Assembly (NCBI RefSeq): GCF_009834535.1
Contig: NC_045697.1
Span: 15,006,001-15,070,000 of the forward strand
Length of the DNA: 64,000 bases
Source of the DNA: Camelus ferus
Taxonomy: Eukaryota
Reading direction: 5' to 3'
Position numbers and translations under genes: made by a program. The notes under the pieces were generated by a model that saw only the letters and a list, made by a program, of their open reading frames with translations, had not been told where the DNA came from and did not search any database. Positions 51,443 through 64,000 of the stretch are shown piece after piece (within the stretch, counting starts at the first letter, position 1; each line of letters opens with the position of its first letter).

Positions 51443-53340
51443 GTAAGTCTGCAGCCGCTTCCAACCCTGGAGGGAACTTTTCATATGAGAATGTGCCATA
51501 ATTTTGCCATCCTAAAACTTTTACTAACAGACTAAAAGGCTTAAGCTGGTTTTCACAACAGACAACAAGGCCTAAGCTAGTTTTCCATAAGATCCAATCC
51601 TCCAGGGCACAGAGGCCTAAAGCTGGCCCCCTAGGGTCACATCATGCCAAGGAAATTGCTGCTTGATTTGCCCTGAGCCACTGTCAATACTAAGGAATGT
51701 TCTGAGGTTAATGCAAGTACTTCTCTTCTACTGGGAAACAGGCATAAAAATTAGTTAGAAAGAAGTAAAAGGATATAAACCCCCATAAAAACGGCAAAAG
51801 GCACACATCTAAGAAGACCCTGAAGGGTTTCTCATCTTAATTACGGGCTGTCGGTGGCAACCAGCACCCCAAAGATTTGGAAGCCAGGAAATCATGCCCC
51901 TCTGCTGTGAGTGTTGCTGCATTTCTTGCTCTGTTTTGCTGTCTTCACGCAGGTCAAGAAGGTCTTGTATCCATTACTCGTATTAAAGATGTGTTCCCTG
52001 CCTGGTAGCTTTCTGTCAACTACTATCACCCAGGTAGCAATTTCCAAGCAATTATTTGCAGATGTACAAATTGTGTATAATTAAAAACTGCCTGCTATTC
52101 ATCTCTTAATGACTTGAGCAAAACTGCTCCTCATTTTTATCTCTGGGGTAAGAAAAAAAGCACCTTACAAATAAGTTAATTGAGGCCATTATTGATCGAT
52201 ATTTTCAATCAGGTCTTCCATGTGTTTCTCAACATCTTGCCCCCCTTTCCCACAACTCCACCTTAAAAAAAAAGCAAGTTTATTAAATATATGAGTTTTC
52301 TTTTCCTAGTAAAATCTCTGAGTCACTAAAGTATTATTACAAAAAGGGAACATATCCCTTATTTTCCAGTCATTAGTGAGGGAGAGCTATGCCTTTGAGT
52401 CACTGTGCAGAGCTTCTTATGAAATAAAAAATGTTTTCATAATGTCTGTTGATTTTTATGTTTATTATATGACCAGAGCATGACTCCTGCATATAAAGGA
52501 ACACAGGGTTTATAGTGGGAAAAAAGAGACATTATTTATGAAAGTACCTAATTCTGCCTTTTTATAATTTTTAAGATACCAGTAAAAGCCTGGCTAGGAG
52601 GCATCAAGTTCAAAAAGCAGCTTGAAAATAATCTGTGTCAAGGAAGGAGTGACCTGAATATCCCTACTGGAGACTTGCTGAGTTAACACCTGAATTGTCA
52701 GGACAGGTTCCACTTAGAAAATTCAAATCAATTTCTGAATGTGACTTGTATTTTATATTTCTGTTGCCCTCATTTAGGAAATTTTCAAATACAATAATTG
52801 AAAATATGGAACCCTTCACATTTTTATACAAATATTTAACATTCAATATGATAGGTTGTCTATAATAATTCAAATGGATTAAGGAAGCTTTGAGGTTAGC
52901 CGAATATAATACTAGCAGTAAATGCTCCATTATGTTGTATGCAGTACTACGGTTCCCAGCACATTTTCAGCTAGATATTTCTAGTGATTTGTTTGAAATC
53001 ACAAAATCATAAACATTCTAAATTAGACAGCATGGGTCTTTGTTTTAAAGATTAGGAAAACGGATTCAGAAATTGTGAGTGGCTTACAGATGATGAATTA
53101 CAACATATACCAAGTGAAAAAGTAAGACAGTGAATGGCATCACTCAGTGGGTTAGAAAAGGTATTAAACGAAAGACATGCTTTATATGAAAGGAGAATAT
53201 ACCTTTGGGGGAAAAGAAAATGACCTGTTCACCTTTCATATTTGTGATCTATAAAGTTCAATATTTTACAAATAGTAAATACTCAACAAAGATTAAATGG
53301 AATAGCACTTTAAATTTCCACTCTAATATAATTCACTTCC

Positions 53341-54130
53341 TTTTGTTTTTTTAATTGAAGTACTATCAGTTACAATGTGTCAATTTCTGATGTACAGTAC
53401 AATGTCCCAGTCATGCATATACATGCATGTGTTCATTTTCATTTTTTTATTAAAGGTTATTACAAGATATTGAACATAGTTCCCTGTGCTATACAGCCAA
53501 AACTTTTTTAAAGATCTATTTTTATACATAGTAGCCAACATTTGTAAATCTCAAACTCCCAAATTTATCTCTTCCCACCCCCTTTCCCCAGTAACCATAA
53601 GATTGTTTACTATGTCTGCAAGTCTGTTTCTGTTTTATAGATGAGTTCATAGTGTCTTTTTCTTTTTCTTTTTTTTTTAGATTCCACATATGGGTGACAT
53701 CATATGGTATTTTTCTTTCTCTTTCTGGTTTACTTGACTTAGAATGACGATCTCTAGGTCCATCCATGTTGCTGCAAATGGCATTATTTTATTCTTTTTA
53801 TGGCTGAGTAGTATTCCATTGTACAAATATACTACAACTTCTTTATCCAATTATCTGTTGATGGATATTTAGGTTGGTTTCATGCCTTGACTAGTGTATA
53901 CAGTGCTGCTATGAACATTGGGGTACATGTATCTTTTAGAATTAGAGTTCCCTCTGGATATATATCCAGGAGTGGGATTGCTGGAGCATATGGTAAGTCT
54001 ATTTTTAGTTTTTGAAAAATCTCCATACTGTTTTCCATAAAGGCTACACCAAACTACATTCCCACCAGCAGTGTATGAGGGTTCCCTTTTCTCCTCATCC
54101 TCTCCAGCATTTATCACTTGTGGACTTTTG
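53341..54130 (-). mobile_element. Young camelid L1 3' end (~790 bp, ORF2 C-terminus plus 3' UTR)
   Basis: ctctaggtccatccatgttgctgcaaatggcattattttattc, ggagtgggattgctgg; T-rich tail at left; imperfect flanking repeat taattcacttcctt/taattccgtttctt. Confidence 0.95.
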
Positions 54131-54247
54131 TAATTCCGTTTCTTGCTCTCCCCCCTCCAAAAAATAAGTGGTGCCAAACAGATGATCTTTAACATTCATT
54201 CTTAATCTGGGATTGGATGATTCTATGACTCACGTTGATTTATTTAC

Positions 54248-54615
54248 TGCTACAGACTGAATGTTTGTGTCCTCCCCGCAAATATTCGAATGTTAAAACC
54301 TAAACCACAACATGATGGTGTTAGGTGGCAGGACTTTGGGGAGTGATTAGGTCATGAGAGTGGAGCCCTCACAAATGGGATCAGTGCCCTTGTAAAAGAG
54401 ACCCCAGGGAGCTCTCCTGCCCTATCCATCATGTGTGGTCGGTGAGAAAATGGCCTTCTATGAACCAGAAAGCACATTCTCACCAGACACTGAATCTACC
54501 AGCACCTTGATCTTGGACTTCCCAGCCCCTGGAACTGTCAGAAATAAATGTTTGTCATTTAAGCCACCCAATCTATGGTGTTTTTAAAAAATCGTATCCT
54601 GATGGTCTAAGACAT
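54248..54615 (+). mobile_element. MLT1A0-like solo LTR
   Basis: tgctacagactgaatgtttgtgtcc...caccagacactgaatctaccagcaccttgatcttggacttcccagcc...ctaagaca. Confidence 0.92.
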
Positions 54616-56033
54616 TCACCTATCTTTAATTTGCTATAGGATTTTGCTAAAATTGTCAGTTGAACATACATCATCTGACATGACCAAATAGTTACATTTC
54701 ATATTTTAACAGCCATAAAATTTAATCTTAAAATTTCAGTACCCAAATCTTTGGAAATAAAATCATGTTTCATTAGATTCTTAGAAAATAATGAATAGGT
54801 TTTTTCCTCTGTTTATAACTAAAAGCGTAAACGCTGAAAACAAGCATTGTGTTTCAATAACTGAAGAGGAATGCTAAAGTAGAAGGCCTTCTCACGTTGT
54901 AAATTGAATGTCAACTTTCTTTTTCACCTCTTATTCATCCCACTTAATATGTTCTCTTACAGGCTTCAAATGACTAACATGCCAATTACTTCATTAAAAC
55001 TTGAATGTACTGAAACTGAGACTAGAATTTCCCTCCCGCTTATTCCAAAGTTTCCTAACTTTGTGACAAAGTAACTGACAGAATGTGGCAATTAAGTCAT
55101 GCTCACATTAGACAGGGCTCAATATATTTTTTTTTTAACCAAAATGATTTGAGGCTCCAAATTATTATTGCAGCAAATCAACAGTGTTTTCAGGGACAAA
55201 ATGAGTTTTAATGATCGTGGCTTTGTTGGTTCTCCTTTGCTAAGCACTTAAAATCATGATGATGATAAAGATAAAAATAATATACATTAAACAATATCTA
55301 TGAAACTGTACTACTACTTACCTGCTCTGTACCTTCCACACCCATAAAATTCAGATAATTATAGTACCAGTCTCCACGGGGTGTTAAGTAAGTTAATAAA
55401 TTGCCAAGGTTGTCACATAGTAGGGGCTACCAGGATGTCAGTTATTACTGTTAACCCATTACTAAAATCTAGGGATTTTATCCCATTTGGGGAATTGTAG
55501 AAGCTGAAGCTTGGTAAGGTTAATAATGCTCCCAAGTTCATGCAGAAAGACAGCCATCCTGGAACCTGGATTTAAAACCCCGTCCTCTTAAAACCCCACG
55601 TGCTCTTGCCCTAATTCAGAGCCTTCTCTCAGGGAAATGTGAGAAGCTACCTGAGCCATCCACCCAGGGCATGAACTACCAGTGACCTTGACAAAGGAGG
55701 CTCTAAACAAAGGCTTGGACTCTCCTTTGGTCAGTTTAAGTGTAAGACAGATCAGTAGCTTTGACATGCCTTTCAGTGAGATGTCCTTAAAGCAAAACCT
55801 TCAAGCACTCCAAAGTCTAAATTGACAGAGGAAATAATGGGTATCATTGACAGTCAATACCCGACACTGAAAAATTACTGTCCCTGTGACACAGCCAATC
55901 ATCACAATATCCAAACATCAATGTAGAAAGCCGAGAGATCATCGCTGTCAGTCTGTTCACTCAGCCCTCTCTGTCTGGAATGAATAATTGACTGATGAGG
56001 CCAGCAAAAGCCTTTGACCCATAAATGAGGGGC

Positions 56034-56226
56034 TAAGGTTGACAGATATAGCAAACAAAAAAAATAAGCTGCCTAGTTAAATTCTATTTTCAGATAAACA
56101 ACAAATGCTTTTTTAACACAAGTGTGTTCCGAAGATTGCATGGGGCATATTTATACTAAAACATCATTTACGAATGATGTGACATTCAAATTTAACCAGG
56201 TGTTCTGTATTTTACCTGGCAACCTC
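56034..56226. mobile_element. MER53 palindromic hAT MITE
   Basis: aaggttgacagatatagcaa...ctagttaaattctattttcagataaacaac...attcaaatttaaccaggtgttctgtattttacctggcaacct. Confidence 0.85.
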
Positions 56227-56283
56227 AGGAAGGCCCACTTTCAAAAGGTCCTTTCCAGGGTCGATTACCTAAGGAAGGAAATC

Positions 56284-56670
56284 GTTATGGACTGAATATT
56301 TGTGTCCCCATAAAAAGTCACATACTGAGGCTCTAAACCCTGATATTGTGGTGTAGGGAGATGAAGCCTTTGGGAAATGATTAGGGTTAGATGATGTCAG
56401 GGGTGAGAGCCTCATGAGGATATTAGTGCCCTGATAAGAGGAGACAGCAGAGAGCTAGCTTTCCTCCTGCAAACACAGAGAAGAGGCCATGTGAGCACAC
56501 AGCGGGAGGGTGGCCTCCTGCAAGCCAAGAGAAGACACTTCAAGAGAAGAAACTTTCCTCCAGCACCTTGATTTTGAACTTCCAAGCCTCCCAAACTGTG
56601 AGAAATAGATGTCTGCGTTTAATTCACCCAGTCTATGGTATTTCGTTACAACTACTGAGCAGACTAAAAG
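56284..56670 (+). mobile_element. MLT1A-like solo LTR
   Basis: gttatggactgaatatttgtgtcccc...gaggccatgtgagcacacag...cagtctatggtatttcgttac. Confidence 0.9.
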
Positions 56671-57482
56671 AGAAGTACTAAGTACTTGGTCTTAGCTAAT
56701 CTCATCTCAGTCAAAGTCTTCACCAATGGTGGTACCAAGCTGTGCAGATAACCTTTCTCTGCCTAAACTTCTTGGGTCTTCAGAATTGACGACCTTTCAG
56801 GAACTAGGACCTGCACAAGGGGATTCATGCATGCTCCATTTTCCTGCCTCATTCAAAGCCTTTCCACAGCTTCCATATTTTTCCCGTGCCTTTCCAAAAC
56901 TGGGTTCTCTTTTCCTTTTCCCCAGACCACACTCTTCCAGGTTCTAGACACTATTGTATAGTGTCTTACAAACGGTCTTCACTTTTAAGTCCCACCAATA
57001 CTGCATTAACTATATAAAGCCCTTTCCTACCCATCGTCAGCTCCCTTCTCTATTGCCCCTCGAATGTTATTTTTAACCCCACAATGGGTTCAGGGATTCA
57101 GGCAGGACTGAATGCTATTACCCTAAGCTGGCGACTGAAGGCTGAATTCCAATTTTATTTTCCACTTCAGAAAAGGTTTGTTATAGAACTGTTGGAAAAC
57201 GCATCCTAGATTTTCACATTTCTCAACCAGTTTTGTGTGCAACCTCCAAAATCTCCACCTTCGTGAAATAAACTTTTCCAGTTGCTTTAGCCCACACCTA
57301 TTCACCTAGACCTTTCAGTATTTTTATGCTTCAATCATCACTAGGCAGTCTGGCTCTTGCTTAGAAACTGAAGTTGTTCTTGTTTTTGTTTTTTATTTTT
57401 GCCTCCCATACCTGACCTCTTTTTTCCCTCAGTCCCAAACTCACTGTTCCTCCTTTCCCCCTTCTTTTCCCCCATCTCTCAT

Positions 57483-57513
57483 ACACACACACACACACAC
57501 ACACACATACACA
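57483..57513. repeat. (CA)n microsatellite
   Basis: Direct inspection. Confidence 0.95.
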
Positions 57514-59869
57514 CTGACTCTTACTTTTCATTTATCTTTAAGCATAATTAAGTCAGTGCTAAATATGTAGCAGTTACTCAATGTATCAGCTGTTGATTGT
57601 TTTCTGACAACATTAATCTGAGTTATGCTCAGTTATTTCTGATTTTGTGAAATTATTTCTAAGTTTTACCCTTATTAATCTGAGAGGAAAACAAGAGAAA
57701 GAGTCTGCCTGGAAAAAAATGCAATTACTCTCAAGGAATTTCCTATAAAATATTTGCAAAAACATAATATAAAAAGAATTGTGGTTTATGGAATTTACTT
57801 TAGGCCTCCTGTATGTTGATCTTTTCACTCCAAAGCTTATTTCATTTCGGCCCTTAGCTTTAAGAACAGGATAATTTGCTTGCCTGGATTACTGTTGAGT
57901 CTAATAAACGTTGGTCGTTAATAAAACCTTTTCAGAACATGATAATGGCTTAGGAAAAGTACATTTATATAGTAAAAGTTGAGAGGAAATGGTTCTTGGG
58001 AGGAAAAGCTTTCAGAATTATGCAAAGAATGAAATTTACTCAACTTTCAAAGATCCGACGGGAAAGAATATGTATGCAGTAATGCTTGTTTAACTGACTT
58101 GGGCTGAGCTTTTCCACCCAAAATAGATATATTTTACATAAGGATGCTATATATTGGTTTATTATAAGTTGCATGGGCCTGGTTTCCTCTGTAAGTATTG
58201 CTCACTTTACTTCATTTCAAATTCATTATTAAATGCATGGCTTCTTCGTGCTTTTTAAGAAAAAGATAGTTCCCCAATGGATGCACTTTACTTCCTTTCA
58301 GCCTGCTTCTTCATCTCCAAAATTCTAAATTCTGACTGTCAACCACAATTCAATGAGCTGAGAGTAGGTGTGTTCCTGGTCTGTGATTATCCAATGTCCT
58401 GTGCATACTGCTGTCCTGTTCAGTTGCAATCATCACTTTGCTTGGCTATATCCCCTGCAAAATCACGAGTGTCTCAAAAACATGGCCTGGTTGGTGTTCC
58501 TCAATGTGTCTGAGTCCCAGCTTGATACATGGCCCAATATACAAACCAAGAAATGAGTAGGAACTTTAAAATAAGCATGGAAGCCCAGGCACCCACAAGA
58601 ATAGAGGCAGTAAAGTGGTTGAGAGCAAAAGAATCTCTGCAGACAGGTTTTTAAATTTCCATCGAAAACATTCCATTCCCTGTAAAGAAATATCATCTTG
58701 CAAATTTTGTAAGTGCCTGGCAGCTGATATCCTCGTAGGCTAACAATAGTTATATTTATCTCTTTTACTAATATTCACTGTGCTCCTGTGTTTAAGGTAA
58801 TTTCTAGTACAATAGAACAGAAGCAAATGTCTCCCTACCAACATAATGAGTCACACAAGAGTAACATCTTTAAGTAAACAGAAAATTCTACTATACCAAA
58901 TCACCACTGAACTTGATGCTGTAATAATTACATTATTACCCACTTACATTTGACTAGCACTTGCAAACTCACAGTACATTTTCATATAAACTATCTTATT
59001 TAAAAGGGTACACAGTTTTTAGTTATACAAGCATTGCAGGAATATGTGCTCTTTGAGAAAACCTGAAGTACAGACTTATAAAAATTAAAAGATTCGAGTT
59101 CCACTTGACCTGAGGGAATAAAATTTCACTTCCTCAATGCTTCCCCAACATGTTAAGCAGGTTACAGATCAGAAAACTAAGTGACTCAGGAGAGCTAAGA
59201 TGCTAGAGGGATTTATCAGGAGAGCCGGCCCCCGGAGTGGTGCAAAAGAGAAGCCTGGGCTAGAAATAGAGAATTTATTTTCAAGGAAGGTATATTGTAT
59301 CAATAGTTGTCACAATGTGACTTTTGAGTTTAAGCACCCCAGAATAATAAATCAATGATCAGCTCTATCAGATGTAACTGATTGTACTGCATCACCAAGG
59401 GTAATATACAAGAAAATTATCTGGGGGAATTAACTAGTGTCGTTTCATGGCTCTTTAAGGAAGCAATAATACTAACAACCTTCAAAGCAACAAGAGGCTG
59501 TCAGTTGTAGGCAATTTAATGTGAATTGGTCTTATTTGATGTCTTGCTAGAGTCCAATTCATTGCCAGTAATATTAGTCTAAATAAACCAGGGACACTAT
59601 AGGGTTTTGCAACCACATCATAATTAGCAGAAAATGCTAAGGTGTCCTTTTAGGAGACAATAAAATTGAATGGGAGTAGTGGTATCATGAGAAACTTAAA
59701 AAAAAAACTCCTTTAAATTTGGAAACAACTGGATACTTACAGACAATTTAGAGAAAAACATTTCTGTTCTGAGTCCTGTCTGGCAGAGCACACACTATAC
59801 TTGTGGGCAGTTACTACACGAAGGTTACTAATGTTGTGATGTCAGAAAAATATACATATTTTAAATACC

Positions 59870-60720
59870 TTTCAAGCTCCCATCTTCTTCTCTAACATCA
59901 CCATATCCATCTTCCCACTGCTGAATCTTCATTATAACTTGTACTGATTGCTTACCCTGTGCCAAGCACTGGACTTACTTCTCCTTCCCCTAACTCTGTT
60001 GGTTTAGTTTCAAATTTTCAAGTTTCTGGATCATTGCGATCATTTCCTTACTGAGGTCCCTCAAACCTCCCTCTTTGACATTGTGCTGTACACCAAAAAT
60101 TGACACATTATAACTGACTGTACTTCAATTAAAAAAATTTTTTTTAAAAACATCCCTCATGGCAGACTCAGTGATTAAGAAACAAACAAATATGACTGTA
60201 AACCTTTCCTATTTAAAATCCTTCAGTTATACCCTCTTCATTCATCCAGTAAACATCTGCTTCCTTACTAGGCTTCATGTACCTGCAAGAAGGAGCCCAA
60301 ATTTCTTGGCGTGGCTTCTACCTTTCAGAAATAACAAATCCCTATGGTGCCCTGAACACAGTGTGCTGTTTCACACTCACATGTCTTTTTCCATGCAGCC
60401 TGTTCATTCTGAAATGTCTTCAGTCCCTAGTTCACCTGGTGACTCTCTACCCAGCCTTCAAAGTGTGCTGTAATATTACCCTGTGAAGTCACCCTCGCTG
60501 TCTTCAGGAAGGTAAATGTACTACTTCTGTGGCTCATGAACTCTTCCCTTACTGCTCACAATACAAGGTATGCGTTCGTCTGTCACATATCTGTCTCTCC
60601 TACCAAAACATGACCTTCCTAAAGGTACGAGCTTTATTGTATTTATCTTCATAGCTCTATAATTCAGTATAAAATCTGCCTTATAGTAAACACTCAATAA
60701 GTATGCGTAGATTGAATAAG
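59870..60720 (+). mobile_element. Degenerate L2 remnant interrupted by a short L1 stub
   Basis: L2 3' end ...ccttatagtaaacactcaataagtatgcgtagattgaat; L1 stub at ~60083-60150 (tgctgtacaccaaaaattgacacattataactgactgtacttcaattaaaaaa). Confidence 0.65.
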
Positions 60721-62069
60721 AGACAAGTTAACAATTCAAATATAAGCCATTGGATTACTGGTATTTTTAACAACAACAAAAACCCCACAAGCATGTCTGA
60801 TGACGCCATTTCCTTTCAATTTTATATATTAGAATCCCCCGATTCACTTTTATTATGCCTAGGAGAGCATTATCTATTTATTCTCTGTTTATTTAAATAA
60901 TAATATTTTATTAAAAATAGAGTAGTTATGTAAACATTAGCTAAGATGACCTATCAAATAGAGACTTTGCAAAGAAATTGTTTTCTTAGATTCAAGAGGT
61001 AAATCAAAAGTAACTGAAGATTTAAGATGCAAACTTGGACATGTCTATACCATCATACAAGTACTCCAAATGGAAAACTGGACGTAGTTTGTTCTAGAAA
61101 CTCCTCATAAACTGACTTTTTCTATTCTCCTAATGCTAGTATTTCTTTAAACAGTTTTCACAATTCCACTGTGTGCAAAACCCTTTGCTACTTCCTCTCA
61201 TAATGTCTCCTCAATCCGGGTCAGACCAGATCAATTCAACTCTGTTCCTATGTTATGTATTCCCTGTATGCCATCGCTACGCTTTAGTTACCTACCAGCC
61301 TATACTTCAAACTTCACAAAGGCTCTTTTATCACAGACTCTTAACTCTCCTCTTATAATAACCTTCTCTTTTCCTTTCAAGCAATTTCTCTTATTGACAC
61401 AAAGTGCTATCCATTCAATAAATATCCACCCAAGGGCTTTAAATGGGCCAGGCATCACGCGAAATCCAAGACGTACAAGTAGAGTAAGACAGAAATTCTG
61501 TTTTCATGGAGCTAATGGGAGCTAAAAGCTAAGGAGAGAGGCAGATAAGAAGATTCTCCAGTACATGAAGGTCAGGCAAGTGCCATAAGAAGGTTATCTA
61601 GAAAAGGCGCCAGAGTTCCAGAGCAAAGAGATATCAGTTAGATATTTTGCGAGCATCCTTAAAGAACATCTAACTCAAGAGCTTCCATGAAAGCCCTAAA
61701 AACTGCCCTCATGGCACACATGATCCTTTACTGTGGTTATTGTTAGCACAACTTTTATGTCAATTTCTAAAGACTACATTCCTCCAGCAGACTGATTTAA
61801 CATTCTGGGGGTTACAGACCTTTTAAAAAAATCTTACAGATAGTTATTTGATAACTTTATACCTCTCATTTTTAAAGCTCTTTCGTACAAGCTCCCTCAC
61901 GAAAACCTTCTGAAGTCGTAAGTTTATTATACCTACTTGACATATGAGAAAACTAAGACTGAGTAGCCATGTAATTGGCCCATGTCTACCCAGCGAGTAC
62001 ATGGAGGATCTAGATTAAAATTAAGGTATGGAAGATATTTCTAACTCTTCCTGAAGATTTTTTTTTTTC

Positions 62070-62440
62070 CTTCCTGGACACATGGCTGGGCTACACTTCC
62101 CAGCCTTCAGGCAGTTGGCTTTGGCTACGAAACTGAGTTCTAGCCAACGGTATACGAGTGAACACAGTAAGTGTCACTGTTGGGTCTCTCTGTGGTAACA
62201 ATTTCCCACTTCTATTCCTCTGTAACCATTCCCTTTTCCAGAATGACTGGGAGATTAGACTCTTCCTGGACCAATTTGAGAGGCAAGTATTGAAGATGGC
62301 AAAATCACATTATTTGCTTGAGTCCTAGAATAACCACGTGTTAGAGTGTTACCCTGCTGACATGAACACCTACTTTGATAATTAGGAGAGGGAGACATAA
62401 ATCTCTTTGGGTAAACATAACAACAAGGAAGGCTCTGTTT
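62070..62440 (+). mobile_element. Old MLT1 (I/J-like) LTR
   Basis: ctacacttcccagccttc...actgagttctagccaacgg...ttgaagatggcaaaatcac. Confidence 0.72.
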
Positions 62441-62479
62441 ACTACTAAAGATTAATTTACTTTAATGAGGCACTAGGTC

Positions 62480-62988
62480 AGCATTTCTCACTCATTTTAG
62501 TCACAGGAGCCCCTGACTCTGCCTTAAAAGTTATTGAGGACTTTAAAGAGCTTTTGTTTATGTGGGCTTTATCAGTTGACATTTAGTGTATTAAAATTTA
62601 AACTGAGAATTTTAAAGGATACATATTAATTTCAAAATAATAATAATAAGCTTATTCTGTGTTCATGTAAGTATCTTTTTGAAAACGTAACTGTATTTTT
62701 CAAAATTAAAAAAAATTGTGAGAAGAATGACATTGTTTCACATTTTTGCAACTAGTGTCTGGCTTAATGGAAGATAACTGGATTCTCGTACGCTTCTACA
62801 TTTAATCTGTTATGATACCACATATCATGGAGCTTCTAGAGAAATGTGTGCACTCATTAATGAATGGAAATGAAAAGGGAAAATATCACTTGAGTGTTAC
62901 TTTAAAAGTAGGTTTCACTTCTTGAACCACCTGAAAGCATCTCAGGGGGCTGCACGCCCCTCACTGATCACATTCTAAGATTCACTGC
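62480..62988. mobile_element. hAT-Charlie DNA transposon (non-autonomous)
   Basis: ttaaaagttattgaggactttaaagagcttttgtttatgtggg...gtgagaagaatgacattgtttcacatttttgcaa...ggcttaatggaagataactggattctc. Confidence 0.8.
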
Positions 62989-63134
62989 ACTAGATTTCTG
63001 ATACTAGCATCTCCAATTTTATTCATTATGTATTACTCAACAATTTTATGAAAGCTACAGACACTTTTCTCCAAAAAAAGTGAGCACAAGCAAACACTTT
63101 ACACATAATTTTAATGGTTTCACAAACCCCATGG

Positions 63135-63495
63135 ACTATAGACTGAATGTTTGTGCCCTGCCCCCCATTCATGTCAAAACCTACTCCCCCAAAGTGATTG
63201 TATTTGGAGATTCAGTCTTTGGGAGATGATTAGGTCATGAGAGTAAAGCCCTTATGAATGGGATTAGTGCCCTCAAAAAAGAGACCATCAAGAGATTGCT
63301 TCACCTTCACCACTTGAGGATACAGCGAGAAGACAGGTTCCATGAACCTGGAAGGGCTCTCAGCCAGACATGAAACCTGTGAGTGCATCGATCTTGAATT
63401 TCCAGGCTCCAGGACTGTGAGAAATAAATTCCAGTTGTTTATAGGCCACTCAGTCTATGGTATTTTTATCCCAGCCGACCCAGTAGACTGAAACA
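63135..63495 (+). mobile_element. MLT1A0-like solo LTR
   Basis: ctatagactgaatgtttgtgccc...gattaggtcatgagagtaaagcccttatgaatgggattagtgccct...ccactcagtctatggtattt. Confidence 0.9.
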
Positions 63496-64000
63496 TCACA
63501 AGCCTCATTCAATGGGAGTTAAAAACTTTCTCCAGGGCAGATGTCATATCTTTTCTACTTTGTATCTCCTACAATACTGAGAACCACACACATTATATGA
63601 TTGCAATAAATATACTCTAGAAACAGAAAATGTTAGACTAGAAGGATCTTTGGATACCACATTATTCAAATTCCTCATTTTTACCTTCAGATTGTGCAAA
63701 CCTGGGAAAGGTAAGTGACTCCCCTAAGGCCACCATGAACGTTGATACATAAACAACGTAGAAATAAAGATACAGTCTTCAGAGTTATCACTCATCATTT
63801 ATTCGGGTGAGAGTTATTTAAAAGCCTTGTGATATAAAGCTATGCCTTCAAAAAGATAAAAAAAGACAAATAGATTTTTAGAATTCTAGAACTTCAGGAG
63901 ACACAGAGGTGATCTACCTAAATTATCTCATTTGTAAGAAAAAGCTATAGGATCTCAGAGGGAGAAAATTACTTCTCTAAATTCACAAAGTGGTAAAGAC

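Noticed and set aside
1..64000. CRISPR arrays, prokaryotic operons, rRNA or CpG-island promoter
   Set aside because: None seen; the sequence is CpG-depleted mammalian non-coding DNA

Overview
AT-rich, CpG-depleted mammalian genomic DNA, most likely camelid (camel/alpaca lineage). The basis is a tRNA-Ala-derived SINE with a camelid-type tail at ~35.1 kb and many cetartiodactyl-type young L1 3' ends; I recognised no Alu, Bov-A/Bov-tA or PRE-1. I recognise no protein-coding gene. The window looks intergenic or deep-intronic and is filled with ancient eutherian repeats (MIR, L2, L1ME/L1MC, MLT1 and MER21 LTRs, hAT/Tc2 DNA-transposon relics) and microsatellites. The ORFs in the track appear spurious or repeat-derived. 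The standout anomaly is a 100% identical 310-bp inverted repeat of apparently non-transposon sequence (11243-11552 / 13384-13693) around a 1831-bp spacer; its left arm splits what would otherwise be a textbook 3' splice site. Lesser findings are candidate + strand exons and a promoter-like region, a possible L1 3' transduction, a snap-back micro-palindrome scar, and a shared 5'-truncation point in young L1 stubs. Repeat boundaries are approximate and subfamily names come from remembered consensus motifs, not a database search.
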